The position numbers and the translations under genes were made by a program. The notes beneath the pieces are model-generated. The model ran no database searches. It saw only the letters and a program-made list of their open reading frames with translations, and was not told where the DNA came from. A DNA stretch of 60,731 bases, filler included, from Dimargaris cristalligena (lineage: Eukaryota), in NCBI GenBank assembly GCA_003614675.1. It is 5 parts of 5 records of this genome, joined end to end, with 100 filler letters (N's around TTAATTAATTAA, not from the genome) between each part and the next. Parts side by side here need not be neighbours in the genome. Positions count along the whole stretch, not along the records: positions 12,192 to 24,276 come from ML003057.1; positions 24,377 to 36,438 come from ML003058.1; 3 more parts are not named here. The stretch is one strand, 5' to 3'. Positions 15,314 through 25,003 of this stretch are shown here, in pieces (the first letter of the stretch is position 1; each line of letters begins with the position of its first letter).

Positions 15314-16582
15314 TATCTGGTTGATCCTGCCAGTAGTCATATGCTTGTTTCAAAGATTAAGCCATGCATGTCTAAGTAAATGTCCTAGAGACGAAACTGC
15401 GGATGGCTCATTACAACAGTCATAACCTATATGTTCAATTCTTGGGGGGGTGACGCCCCCCACCAGCACTGGATATCCGTGCCAATTGTAGAGCTAATAC
15501 ATGAAATTCCTGGGGATTGCTCCCCAGGGCGTTGAAGGGCTGACTCCTTCGGGGGAAAGCTCGCATTTGTTAGTACCGACCCGGGCTTTCCGGGTCACCT
15601 TTACCAGGCTACATCCCCTTTCGGGGGGGTGTTCTCTTGGGTGAGGCATAGCAACTCAAGTCCATAACATGGGCTGCGGACCGTTGACCCCTCCGGGGGG
15701 GCGGCTTCTCATTTTGGGTCTCTGCCCTATCAGCTCTTGATGGTAAGGTATTGGCTTACCATGGCGATAACGGGTAACGGGGAATTAGGGTTTGATTCCG
15801 GAGAGGGAGCCTGAGAAACGGCTACCACATCCAAGGAAGGCAGCAGGCGCGTAAATTATCCAATCCAGACACTGGGAGATAGTGACCAAAAATATTGAGT
15901 TCCGGAGTCCTTAGGGTTCCGGAACATTAAAATGAATACGATTTAAATCCCCTAATGAGGAGCCATTAGAGGGAAAGTCTGGTGCCAGCAGCCGCGGTAA
16001 TTCCAGCTCTAATAGTGTATATTAAAGTTGTTGCGGTTAAAACGCCCGTAGTCTGTGTAGGGGGGGGGTCTGGGGTCTGGGGGTCCGGGGGGGTGCGCAA
16101 GTGCCCCCACGGCTCCCTGGGCGGTCCTCCGGGACAACCAGCCCTCCCATTGTAGTAGTACCCTGAGTAAACGAGCATGCTCAAGCTCGGCATCTGCCTG
16201 AATCTTTCAGCAGGGCACACCCTAAGAGGACGGGACGGCCACCGGTGGTTTGGTGGGGGGCCGTTCCGAAATGAGTAAGAGGACCGGAACGGGGGTATTT
16301 GTATCTGGGGGCTAGAGGTGAAATTCTTGGATTCCCCAGAGACATCCTGAGGCGAAAGCGTTTACCAAGTACGGCTTCCTTGATCAAGGCGAAAGTTGGG
16401 GGATCGAAGATGATTAGATACCGTTGTAGTCTCAACCATAAACTATGCCGGCTGGGGATCAGTGCTGGCAGAGATATTTCATGGGTCCGGCCCGGGATCC
16501 TTAGGGGTCCTGGGCGGGCCTAGTCCTGCTTCATTGGCACCCTGACGGGAAACCAAAGCTTATCGGCTCCGGGGGGAGTATT

Positions 16583-16617
<35 letters not shown>

Positions 16618-17122
16618 AGCACACCAGAAATGGATTGTGCGGCTTAATTTGACTCAACACGGGAAAACTTACCAGGTCCAGACAGGTAAAGGATTGACAG
16701 ACTGATAGATCTTTCTTGATCACTTGGGTTGTGGTGCATGGCCGTTCTTAGTTGGTGGAATGGTTTGTCTGGTTGATTCCGATAACGAACGAGACGTCCG
16801 CCGGTTCTTGTTCCGGCCCCAGGCTTCTTAGGCTGGGTCCGGAATCTACCGGGACTCGAGACAAAAAGTCTCAGGAAGCGGGACGCAATAACAGGTCTGT
16901 GATGCCCTTAGATGTTCTGGGCCGCACGCGCGATACACTGGGGGGGTCAGCGGGTAACGGGCTGGGGCTGGCTTAGGCTGGTCCCGGCCGGACCGACTCC
17001 GGGAGGAGGAGGTAATCTCTCAACCCCCCCCGTGCTTGGGCTTGTCCCTTGCAATTTTTGGACATTAACGAGGAATTTCTAGTAAGCGCCGGTCATCAGC
17101 CGGTGCTGATTACGTCCCTGCT

Positions 17123-17156
<34 letters not shown>

Positions 17157-17294
17157 AGTGGATTAGTGAGGTCTTTGGACTCTGGCCTGGGGGCTCCGGC
17201 CCACGGGTGGGGGGAAGATGATCGAACTAATTCATTTAGAGGAAGTAAAAGTCGTAACAAGGTATCCGTAGGTGAACCTGCGGATGGATCATTA
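15314..17294 (+). rRNA. 18S (SSU) rRNA, ~1980 nt, divergent with expanded variable regions
   Basis: Begins TATCTGGTTGATCCTGCCAGTAGTCATATGC. Contains GTGCCAGCAGCCGCGGTAATTCC, AAACTTAAAGGAATTGACGG and TGTACACACCGCCCGTC. Ends GGTGAACCTGCGGATGGATCATTA. Confidence 0.98.
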
Positions 17295-17964
17295 AAAACA
17301 CTTTAGTCAGAGTCCTTTTTCGAAATGGACTTTGCAAACCTGGTGTTGTCTTTGGGCAACAGCACCATGAAATGTAATTGGGGGGAAATAACGGTAATTG
17401 CCAATGTTCCCGTTCCCCCCAGGGCCTAAGGGAGGCGGCGGAACGCGAGGGGTTGTTTTGTGGGGATTTCGTTAATTTTTGTTAAAATTTGACGCAATTC
17501 CCCACGATTTGAAATGTTCCCATCTGGGGCGTCCATCCTGAGGATGGACGGGAACATTTCGTCCTGAGGAATTAAGTAATTTTACGTTAATTTTAACGTA
17601 TTTTTACGCAATTCCCGAGGAATTAAAATGTTCCCATTTGGGGCGTCCATCCTGAGGATGGACGGGAACATTTTGAATCGGTTGGGGGAATCTGAAAAAA
17701 GGCATTTATGCCATTTCTCAAATGGCCTTTCCAAGGTGGAGGAGGCTGGGTAGCCGATTGGAAAGGCTAGTGGCAAGAACGCTTTTTGATTTTCCATTTT
17801 CAAAATGGATTGTGTTCGGTCAGCTGTTCCTATACAGCTGAACACCGAGACTACCATTGGGCAAGGTGACGGGGAAACGACTGGTACAGGAGGGCACCCT
17901 TGGGCAAGGTGACCCGGGGCGGCAGTCCGGAACAACATGTTCCGGAAAAGAATTCCTGGCCAGT
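17295..17964 (+). other. ITS1 (~670 nt) with duplicated 48-nt hairpin
   Basis: Lies between the 18S end and the 5.8S start; hairpin copies at 17512-17559 and 17626-17673. Confidence 0.85.
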
Positions 17965-18118
17965 AAAATTATTGGCGATGGATCGTTTGGCTCGCCCAAC
18001 GATGAAGAGCGTAGCAAAGTACGAAAAGTGGTGCGAACCGCGATATTGTGAGACATCTACTTCTTGAACGCATATTGCGCCCTGATATTTCTCAGGGCAT
18101 ACCTAGCTGAGTGTTGTC
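17965..18118 (+). rRNA. 5.8S rRNA (divergent)
   Basis: GATGGATCGTTTGGCTC..CGATGAAGAGCGTAGC..TTGAACGCATATTGCGCC..GGGCATACCT..GAGTGT follows the 5.8S consensus. Ends are approximate. Confidence 0.9.
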
Positions 18119-19728
18119 TGGAACCGTCCTTCGCCTCCGGGGCTGGGCGGGTGGGAACGTTGTTGTTCCCGGGGTGGCACCTTGATGGTAGCCGGAATAG
18201 TTGGGGGGATCGTTAGGGACGGGTGTGTCCGGACGCTATCCAACCCCGGTAGTTCTTTGGACTGTCGCTTATTACTTGAGGCGGAACGGGAATTGCTGGG
18301 GGGTGTTCGGGAACGCTTGTCCCGATCTTTCGGGGGCCGGCACTATTCCCTCTTGGGGGGGTAGGGGTCCGGGACCTCCATGGACTCTTAACCTCAGGCA
18401 GGTAGGACTACCCGCCGAATTTAAGCATATTAATAAGCGGAGGAAAAGAAAATAACTATGATTGCACCAGTAACGGCGAGTGAAGATGCAAAAGTCCAGA
18501 TTTAAAATCCTTTTCCTCTGGGAAAGTGAGTTGTAGTCTGAAGATTGGGGACCTGGTCCCCTGGGGGAGCGCAAAGTGGCCTGGAACGGCCCGGCTTAGA
18601 GGGTGATACCCCCGTAGCGCCGACCCGGGAGTCCTAAGGGTCTCCGGATCCAAGAGTCAGGTTGTTTGGGAATGCAGCCTAAAAGGGTGGTAAACACCAC
18701 CTAAGGCTAAATACTGGGGCGAGACCGATAGCAAACAAGTACCGTGAGGGAAAACTGAAAAGAAGTCTGAAGAGACAGTGAAACAGTACGTGAAATCGTT
18801 AGTGAGGAAACGAATGGGCTGACGCCTGGGGCGGTCTCTCAGGCCGGCCTCAGGGCCAGGGTGAGTTTGGGGTTCGTGAGGGCTGGGCAGGTAGTGGGTT
18901 CGCGCCTCCGGGGGCGTTCCCATCCTGTTCCAAAGCTGGCGGGCGCTGGACTGAGGCATCCGCCTCTGCGATGACTGGGTCGGGAGCGGGGTTCCTGGGG
19001 TTGCACCCTCGTCCACATTTCTGGGCGGGGCGACCAATCCTGAGGATCTTGTTCCCCTCCCTCGGCATCAAGGATCCTGGTCATCTTCCCATCCGACCCG
19101 TCTTGAAACACGGACCAAGGAGTCTACCAGGCGTGCAAGTATTCGGTCTCTCAGGACTTAGATGCGCAATGAAGGTGACTTTATCTGGGGATGTTCCCCT
19201 CCGGGGGGACGGCACCCAGGGTGGGGCCCTGACGTCTTGCACCGACGGGCTTCAACAAAAGCACGTCTGGTAGGACCCGAAAAACGGTGAGCTATTCCTG
19301 GGCAGGGTGAAGCCAGAGGAAACTCTGGTGGAGGCCCGCAGGGGTTTTGACGTGCAAATCAATCCTCGGACCTGGGTATAGGGGCGAAAGACTTATCGAA
19401 CCGTTTAGTAGCTGGTTCCTGCCGAAGTTTCCCTCAGGATAGCAGGGGTCAATATAGTTTTATGTGGTCAAGCGAATGATTAGAGGTCTTGGGGTTGCAA
19501 CAACCTTAACCTATTCTCAAACTCTAAATATGTAAGATAGAGGTCCTGGTACTTTCCTGACCAGGCCTCAGAAATAGTGACCCCTAGTGGGCCATTTTTG
19601 GTAAGCAGAACTGGCGATGCGGGATGAACCGAAAGCCGGGTTAAAGTGCCCAAGTCTCCGCTCATGTAGATACCAGAAAAGGTGTTGGTTCATCCAGACA
19701 GCAGGACGGTGGCCATGGAAGTTGGAAT

Positions 19729-19762
<34 letters not shown>

Positions 19763-20690
19763 TGAACTAGCCCTGAAAATGGATGGCGCTGAAGCGGAGC
19801 ACTTATACCCGGCCCCTCCCCCAGGGTTGTTGGGGAGGGTGTAGGCAGGCGCGGGGGTTGCGCTGAAGGTCCGAGGGTGATCCGGACTGGAGCGGCCCCT
19901 GGTGCAGATCTTGGTGGTAGTAGCAAATATTCAAGGGAGCTTCCTTGAAGACTGAAGTGGAGCAGGGTTTCTCCGGAACCGAAGTGGGCGGAGAGTTAGT
20001 CGATCCTAAGGTCAAAGGCGAGAGTCTGGTACAAGAGGCCCAGCCCCCCCTCGGGGGGGTGGGGGCAGGACCAAAAGGGAAACTGGCTAAAATTCCAGTA
20101 CTCGAGAGTGGGGGATAAGCGGCGACGCAAATCGTTAGGGAGACCTTGGTCTCAGCCCTGGGGAGAGTTATCTTTTCTGTTTAACGGGTTGGGCCCCGGG
20201 CCCCAGCAATGGGGTCCGGGACTCGGTAATTTGCTCCGGAATGATGTTGCATCGCGAAGGAGTAGATAACCCGGTAGAGTGGCTATGTCTTGGGGGGAAT
20301 CCTTAGGGGTCCCCCCCACGGCGTGTCATCCGGTGCGCTGAGCCTGAGCCTTGAAAATCCCTAACCATTACATCCTTTCACCTTAAGTCGTACCCATAAC
20401 CGCATCAGGTCTCCTAGGTGAGTAGCCTCTAGTTAATGGAATAATGTAGATAAGGGAAGTCGGCAAAATAGATCCGTAACTTTGGGATAAGGATTGGCTC
20501 AGAAGAGCGGTGGGGGGGTCTGGGGGGTCCTTAGGGGCCCCCCACCGCCCCGCCCTCAACTCTGAACTGTTTCGGTCAAGGGGAACCTAACTGTCTAATT
20601 AAAACATAGCTTTACGATAGCCACTACACGGTGTTGACGTAAAGTGATTTCTGCCCAGTGCTCTGAATGTTAATGTAAGGTAACTTTTTT

Positions 20691-20725
<35 letters not shown>

Positions 20726-21258
20726 TAACTTTAAGGGAGGCGAGAGTGGTGAGGGGGTCCTCAGGAAACTGAGAATTCTTTTATTGCTATGTCGACTGAT
20801 CCCGAAGTTCATTATCCCTCGGAGTGGTGCCCGGGGATGAGACACTTCACCTGGTATCCGACTTTTGTGGGAACGAGGCATGTTGCGGGTGATCAGCGGC
20901 GACACGATCTGGTACGGGGGAGGCCTCGAAGCTTGGGGGGAACGGAGTAGTCTGAGGATGGAGGGAACAGTCGCGGGGGAGGAGGAAAAGGATTGTTTCG
21001 TTCCGGAGGGCGAAAGGGATTTCTTAAGTATGGGGTTAATCCCGTGGCGAGCCAGGTATAGGGTAAACTTATGCCACCGGCCGTTGTAGAGCGCGGAAAG
21101 ACGTGGGCTTCTCAGGAGGCCTGAGGGAGGGAGGCTAAGGGGGAGGCTTAAGGGACGTGCCAACCGCCACGATAATAAAGTGGTCCCCAAGTCAGAGCCC
21201 CCGCAGGGTAAAGGCTTGGGGGGGGAGTGTGTTTTCGAACCGCCCTCCGGATCAATTG
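20726..21258 (+). mobile_element. Group I intron at LSU position L1923 (E. coli numbering), subgroup IE-like, 533 nt, no ORF
   Basis: Interrupts GACTCT^CTTAAGG; the 5' exon ends in U and the intron ends in G (21258). P10 strand CTTTAAG (20729-35) pairs with 3' exon CTTAAGG and is followed by IGS GGAG. IE core motifs GACACGATCTGGTACGGG, GGTTAATCCCGTGGCGAG, GCGCGGAAAG and GGCTTAAGGGACGTGC are present; P7 is GCGCG/CGTGC. Confidence 0.9.
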
Positions 21259-21324
21259 CTTAAGGTAGCCAAATGCCTCGTCATCTAACTAGTGACGCGC
21301 ATGAATGGATTAATGAGGTTCCCA

Positions 21325-21375
<51 letters not shown>

Positions 21376-21850
21376 GAAATTAGCGGGGAAAGAAGACCCT
21401 GTTGAGTTTGACCTTAAGTTGAGGCGTGAAGGGACTTGAGGGGTGTAGTCTAGGTGGGAGGCCTCCGGGCCGACAATGAAAAACCACTACCCTCATTGTT
21501 CCTTTACTTAGCTTGTTAAGGTGGGGCTAGGAGAAATCCTTTTTATCGTCCTAAGCGGCTCCGGGCCGCGACCACTTCAAGTGACCACCTCAATCGGGAG
21601 GTTTGGCTGGGGCGGCACATCTGTTAAAAAATAACGCAGGTGTCCAAAGGGGAGCTCAGAGAGAACAGAAATCTCTCGTAGAGCAAAAGGGCAAATGCTC
21701 CCTTGAACAACCCCTTCAGTACGGGGGTTGGCCATGAAAGTGTGGCCTATCGATCCTTTAGGTTCTTCCCAAGTGTTTTGGGCTAGAGGTGTCAGAAAAA
21801 TTACCACAGGGATAACTGGCTTGTGGCAGCCAAGCGTTCATAGCGACGTT

Positions 21851-21886
<36 letters not shown>

Positions 21887-21986
21887 AATGAAGCAGAATT
21901 CATTAAGCGTTGGATTGTTCACCCACTAATAGGGAACGTGAGCTGGGTTAACTTTTATAAACTGATCAAGCGAAATTACTTTTAAA

Positions 21987-22592
21987 ATGGATTATCTTAC
22001 TGGGAATGCTGAAACCTTTACACGAATGCGCCATACGTTGGACGCGATTGAAAGTACTTATTCGAGGTGTGTGCCCGGCAAGCAACCCTCAGGGAAATAC
22101 CCTATGCCCCAGGAAGGAATTAGTTATCTGCGGGTTCATCTTCAGTACTGGCTCTATAACAATGGCGGCGGCTCTACACTACGATCCGAATTAACAGCGA
22201 GAGGGGAAAGTCATTTAATAGCGCGTTTAGGTGTCACCGACCGGCGTCGGCTGCTCCCATCAACGATCTACGCCGCTATTCAGCGCCTCCCAGAGGCTGA
22301 AAGACAGTGGTCCGGAAAGCGGGTAACCGTTACCTGGATATCATGCTGGCTTGCCCATAACTTCCCCGATCAGTCTCAACTGGGCTGGCAAACATTCGAG
22401 TGTTCCCATCGTTGTACCTACAATGGGGACGTTCCCCACGATGTCTGTATCCAGCCTGAGTGTCTCGCCTGGGAAACTAAATCCTATAACCAGAGCCGCC
22501 GAGCCCCTTTCTGCAATAAAACCTGTAAACATGAGGAGTGCAACCTCAGTGTCTGTGTATGCCAAGAGCTCCATTTTCCGCCTTGTCATTAA
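21987..22592 (+). CDS. His-Cys box homing endonuclease (I-PpoI family), 201 aa, apparently intact
   Basis: The C-terminal ECSHRC..VCIQPECLAWETKSYNQSRRAPFC..CKHEEC..CVC..HFPPC matches the His-Cys box pattern (SHxC..CxxPxH/CL..E....N..R..C..HxPxC). The frame is uninterrupted from ATG to TAA and lies inside a nuclear rDNA group I intron. Confidence 0.93.
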   Translation: MDYLTGNAETFTRMRHTLDAIESTYSRCVPGKQPSGKYPMPQEGISYLRVHLQYWLYNNGGGSTLRSELTARGESHLIARLGVTDRRRLLPSTIYAAIQRLPEAERQWSGKRVTVTWISCWLAHNFPDQSQLGWQTFECSHRCTYNGDVPHDVCIQPECLAWETKSYNQSRRAPFCNKTCKHEECNLSVCVCQELHFPPCH

Positions 22593-22594
22593 GC

Positions 22595-22600
22595 AATAAA
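22595..22600 (+). promoter_or_regulatory. AATAAA polyadenylation signal 2 nt after the endonuclease stop codon
   Basis: Sequence TAA-GC-AATAAA. Such signals are known downstream of nuclear His-Cys box HEGs. Confidence 0.7.
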
Positions 22601-23056
22601 ATCCTTTTAAAAAGTAATTTCGTAAGAGAGGTGTCTAAACAGCCCAACAGTCTAGGGGCCGGGTTATGTTCTGGGGTGCACGTCCCGGAATGTGAAGTAA
22701 CCTGGGCAGGACCCCTAGGCTCAACTGCATGTGGCAGAGATCGTCAAATTGTTCGGGAAAGCCCTTAGAGCTCTGGCTACTAACCGGGGGGAGAAATCTC
22801 CCCGGGGTCCATCCTTGGAGTAGTGATAATGTCAGAGATTGGGTAACCCGCAGCCAAGCCCCTAAGGCCCCTCTAGGGGGGTTATGGGGAAGGTTCAACG
22901 ACTGTAAGGCGTACCGCGCAAGCGGAATATACAGTCTAGCCCCAAGGGAAACCTTGCCAGAGTAAGTAGGGCGGCCCTCCACATTTAATGGGGTAACCTG
23001 AGTAGCTCTGGGGACAATGAAGGTGCAGGAAATGGTACTGGAGTCTGGTATAAGCG

Positions 23057-23092
<36 letters not shown>

Positions 23093-23667
23093 AATGATAA
23101 ATGTAATACGCAAAAGAGTAAAAGTAATTTGGAGCAGTACGAGAGGAACACTCAATTCGGACATTTGGTTTAGGCCCTTCTGCGAAAGCAGAGTGGGGCG
23201 AAGCTACGTCCGTTGGATAAAGGCTGAAAGCCTCTAAGCCCGAATCCATACTTGCTCTCTTTGGGGGGTTTCCTTAGGTCCCGGTTGGTGGTCCTGGTCT
23301 TCCTTAGGTGCTTCGCACTTTATGCCTGAAGCCTGGTCGGTGTTCCGGTCTCGCGACCGGGCCTCTGGCCAGGCCCTCATGAAATGACCTAGGCCGGGTC
23401 CCTGGAACCCATGTTCACTTGATAGACGATTAAGGATAGGCCCAGCACTGTACGTCTAGAGCGCTTCTTAGTGCGATTGCCTGATGTGTCTGGAGCCTTC
23501 TGAAGCCCTTGGGGGCCCCAGTGGAGGGGGCCTCCTAGTCCGGAGATTAGAGGGGACTTGAAAGAAAGTCTTTTTGCCTGTGGAGGCACCGCCCGAGACC
23601 GCCCGGCCCATGCCCCGAGACCGCCCGGCCCTTGCCCCGAGATTCGCCCTGTAGACGGCGACCCTTC

Positions 23668-24269
23668 GCCTCCCAGACGGCCCCGCGACGGGAACTACGC
23701 CTCCGAGATGGCCCCGAGACGGCCACCCATCGCCTCCCAGACGGCCCCGAGACGGGGACACTGCGCCTCCCAGACGGCCCCGCGACGGGGGAACTACGCC
23801 TCCCGGGAGGCCCCGAGACGGGGACACTACGCCTCCCAGACGGCCCCGCGACGGGGAAACTACGCCTCCCAGACGGCCCCGCGACGGGGAAACTACGCCT
23901 CCCAGACGGCCCCGCGACGGGGGAACTACGCCTCCGAGATGGCCCCGAGACGGCCACCCCTCGCCTCCCAGACGGCCCCGAGACGGGGGAAACTACGCCT
24001 CCGAGATGGCCCCGAGACGGCCACCCCTCGCCTCCCAGACGGCCCCGAGACGGGGAAACTACGCCTCCCAGACGGCCCCGAGACGGGGGAACTACGCCTC
24101 CCGAGATGGCCCCGAGACGGCCACCCCTCGCCTCCCAGACGGCCCCGAGACGGGGGAAACTACGCCTCCCAGACGGCCCCGAGACGGGGAAACTACGCCT
24201 CCCAGACGGCCCCGAGACGGGGGAAACTACGCCTCCGAGATGGCCCCGAGACGGCCACCCCTCGCCTCC
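23668..24269 (+). repeat. IGS tandem subrepeat array, ~33 bp x ~18, two interspersed variants
   Basis: Variant A is GCCTCCCAGACGGCCCCGMGACGGGGRAACTAC and variant B is GCCTCCGAGATGGCCCCGAGACGGCCACCCCTC. The array runs to the contig end; degenerate copies occur at ~13880-14040. Confidence 0.95.
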
Positions 24270-24276
24270 TGTGTTG

Positions 24277-24376
24277 NNNNNNNNNNNNNNNNNNNNNNNN
24301 NNNNNNNNNNNNNNNNNNNNTTAATTAATTAANNNNNNNNNNNNNNNNNNNNNNNNNNNNNNNNNNNNNNNNNNNN
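24277..24376. other. Artificial contig spacer
   Basis: N run with TTAATTAATTAA. Confidence 0.99.
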
Positions 24377-25003
24377 TGGCCGGGCCTGCTTAATCTCTAA
24401 TAGCATATCCCAGCCAAACTATTTTTAGTTTGGAAAAGATGAAGAACATCAGTGAATGTTAGTCTTCATCTTTTCCCACCCAGTTACAAGCCCTTCGATG
24501 GCTAGGCCGTTTTTCCAGTATTCAATATTCAATATTTAGTATTCATAGTTCTTATTCATAACTCAAGGATCTTTTAGTTGTAGAAGTTTGGGGCATATCC
24601 CCAGACTTAGTACCCTCAGAGCTGCCAATGTTGGCGGCCTTCTTTATTATATTTCATATAAATACCTGTTGGGTATTCTCCTAATAAACAGGCAGTTTTT
24701 ACACTAAGTATAGTTTACCAGTTAGTTATTTCGATCCACCAGTCTTGCTCTATCCCTGTCGTCAATTTGGCCCAAGCCCATTCATTGTGCCTTATCTTCC
24801 GTACACTAGAAGGTTCCCTGTGTGATCCCTGGTTGCCCTAGTTATCCCTGTCTGAAGATCAGATAAGAATCGTCTCCACCGAATGCGTGTTTTCCTTAGT
24901 TAGTTAGTTTTTTCCACCGGACTGAAACTGCTCCAGCCAGCCCTGATAAGGCTACCAGGCTTTATTACCTTATGGTATTAAGTGCGACCACAACAATAGC
25001 TAT

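Larger units (their letters stand above)
21949..23056 (+). mobile_element. Group I intron at LSU position L2584, IC1-like, 1108 nt, carrying a homing endonuclease gene in the P1 loop
   Basis: Interrupts GAGCTGGGT^TTAGACCG, with U before the intron and terminal G at 23056. Core elements: P AAATTGTTCGGGAAAGCCC, Q GGGTAACCCGCAGCCAAG, R GTTCAACGACTGTA, S ATATACAGTCT. P7 is GACTGTA/TACAGTC; P8 and P9 are GNRA-capped. P10/IGS GTCTAA..GCCCA lies at 22633-22646. Confidence 0.93.
18387..23510 (+). rRNA. 28S (LSU) rRNA, interrupted by two group I introns (exons ~18387-20725, 21259-21948, 23057-~23510)
   Basis: ACCCGCCGAATTTAAGCATAT, GACCCGTCTTGAAACACGGACCAAGG, GTAACTATGACTCT/CTTAAGGTAGCC, GAGCTGGGT/TTAGACCGTCGTGAGACAGG and the sarcin-ricin loop AGTACGAGAGGAAC are present. 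The 5' and 3' ends are approximate. Confidence 0.97.

Noticed and set aside
15131-20015. Numerous short ORFs over 18S/ITS/28S
   Set aside because: Incidental frames in rRNA sequence.
20624-21190. 188-aa antisense ORF over the L1923 intron as a possible second HEG
   Set aside because: It crosses the exon/intron boundary and the ribozyme core, is low-complexity S/P/L-rich, and has no His-Cys or LAGLIDADG motif.
21949-21986. Twin-ribozyme (GIR1 lariat-capping) organisation
   Set aside because: Only 38 nt precede the ATG and only one catalytic core is visible.
23558-24332. Long repetitive ORFs (NYASQTAPRRG..) and CRISPR-like periodicity
   Set aside because: These are translations of a 33-bp tandem IGS repeat. 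There are no unique spacers or cas genes, and the context is eukaryotic rDNA.
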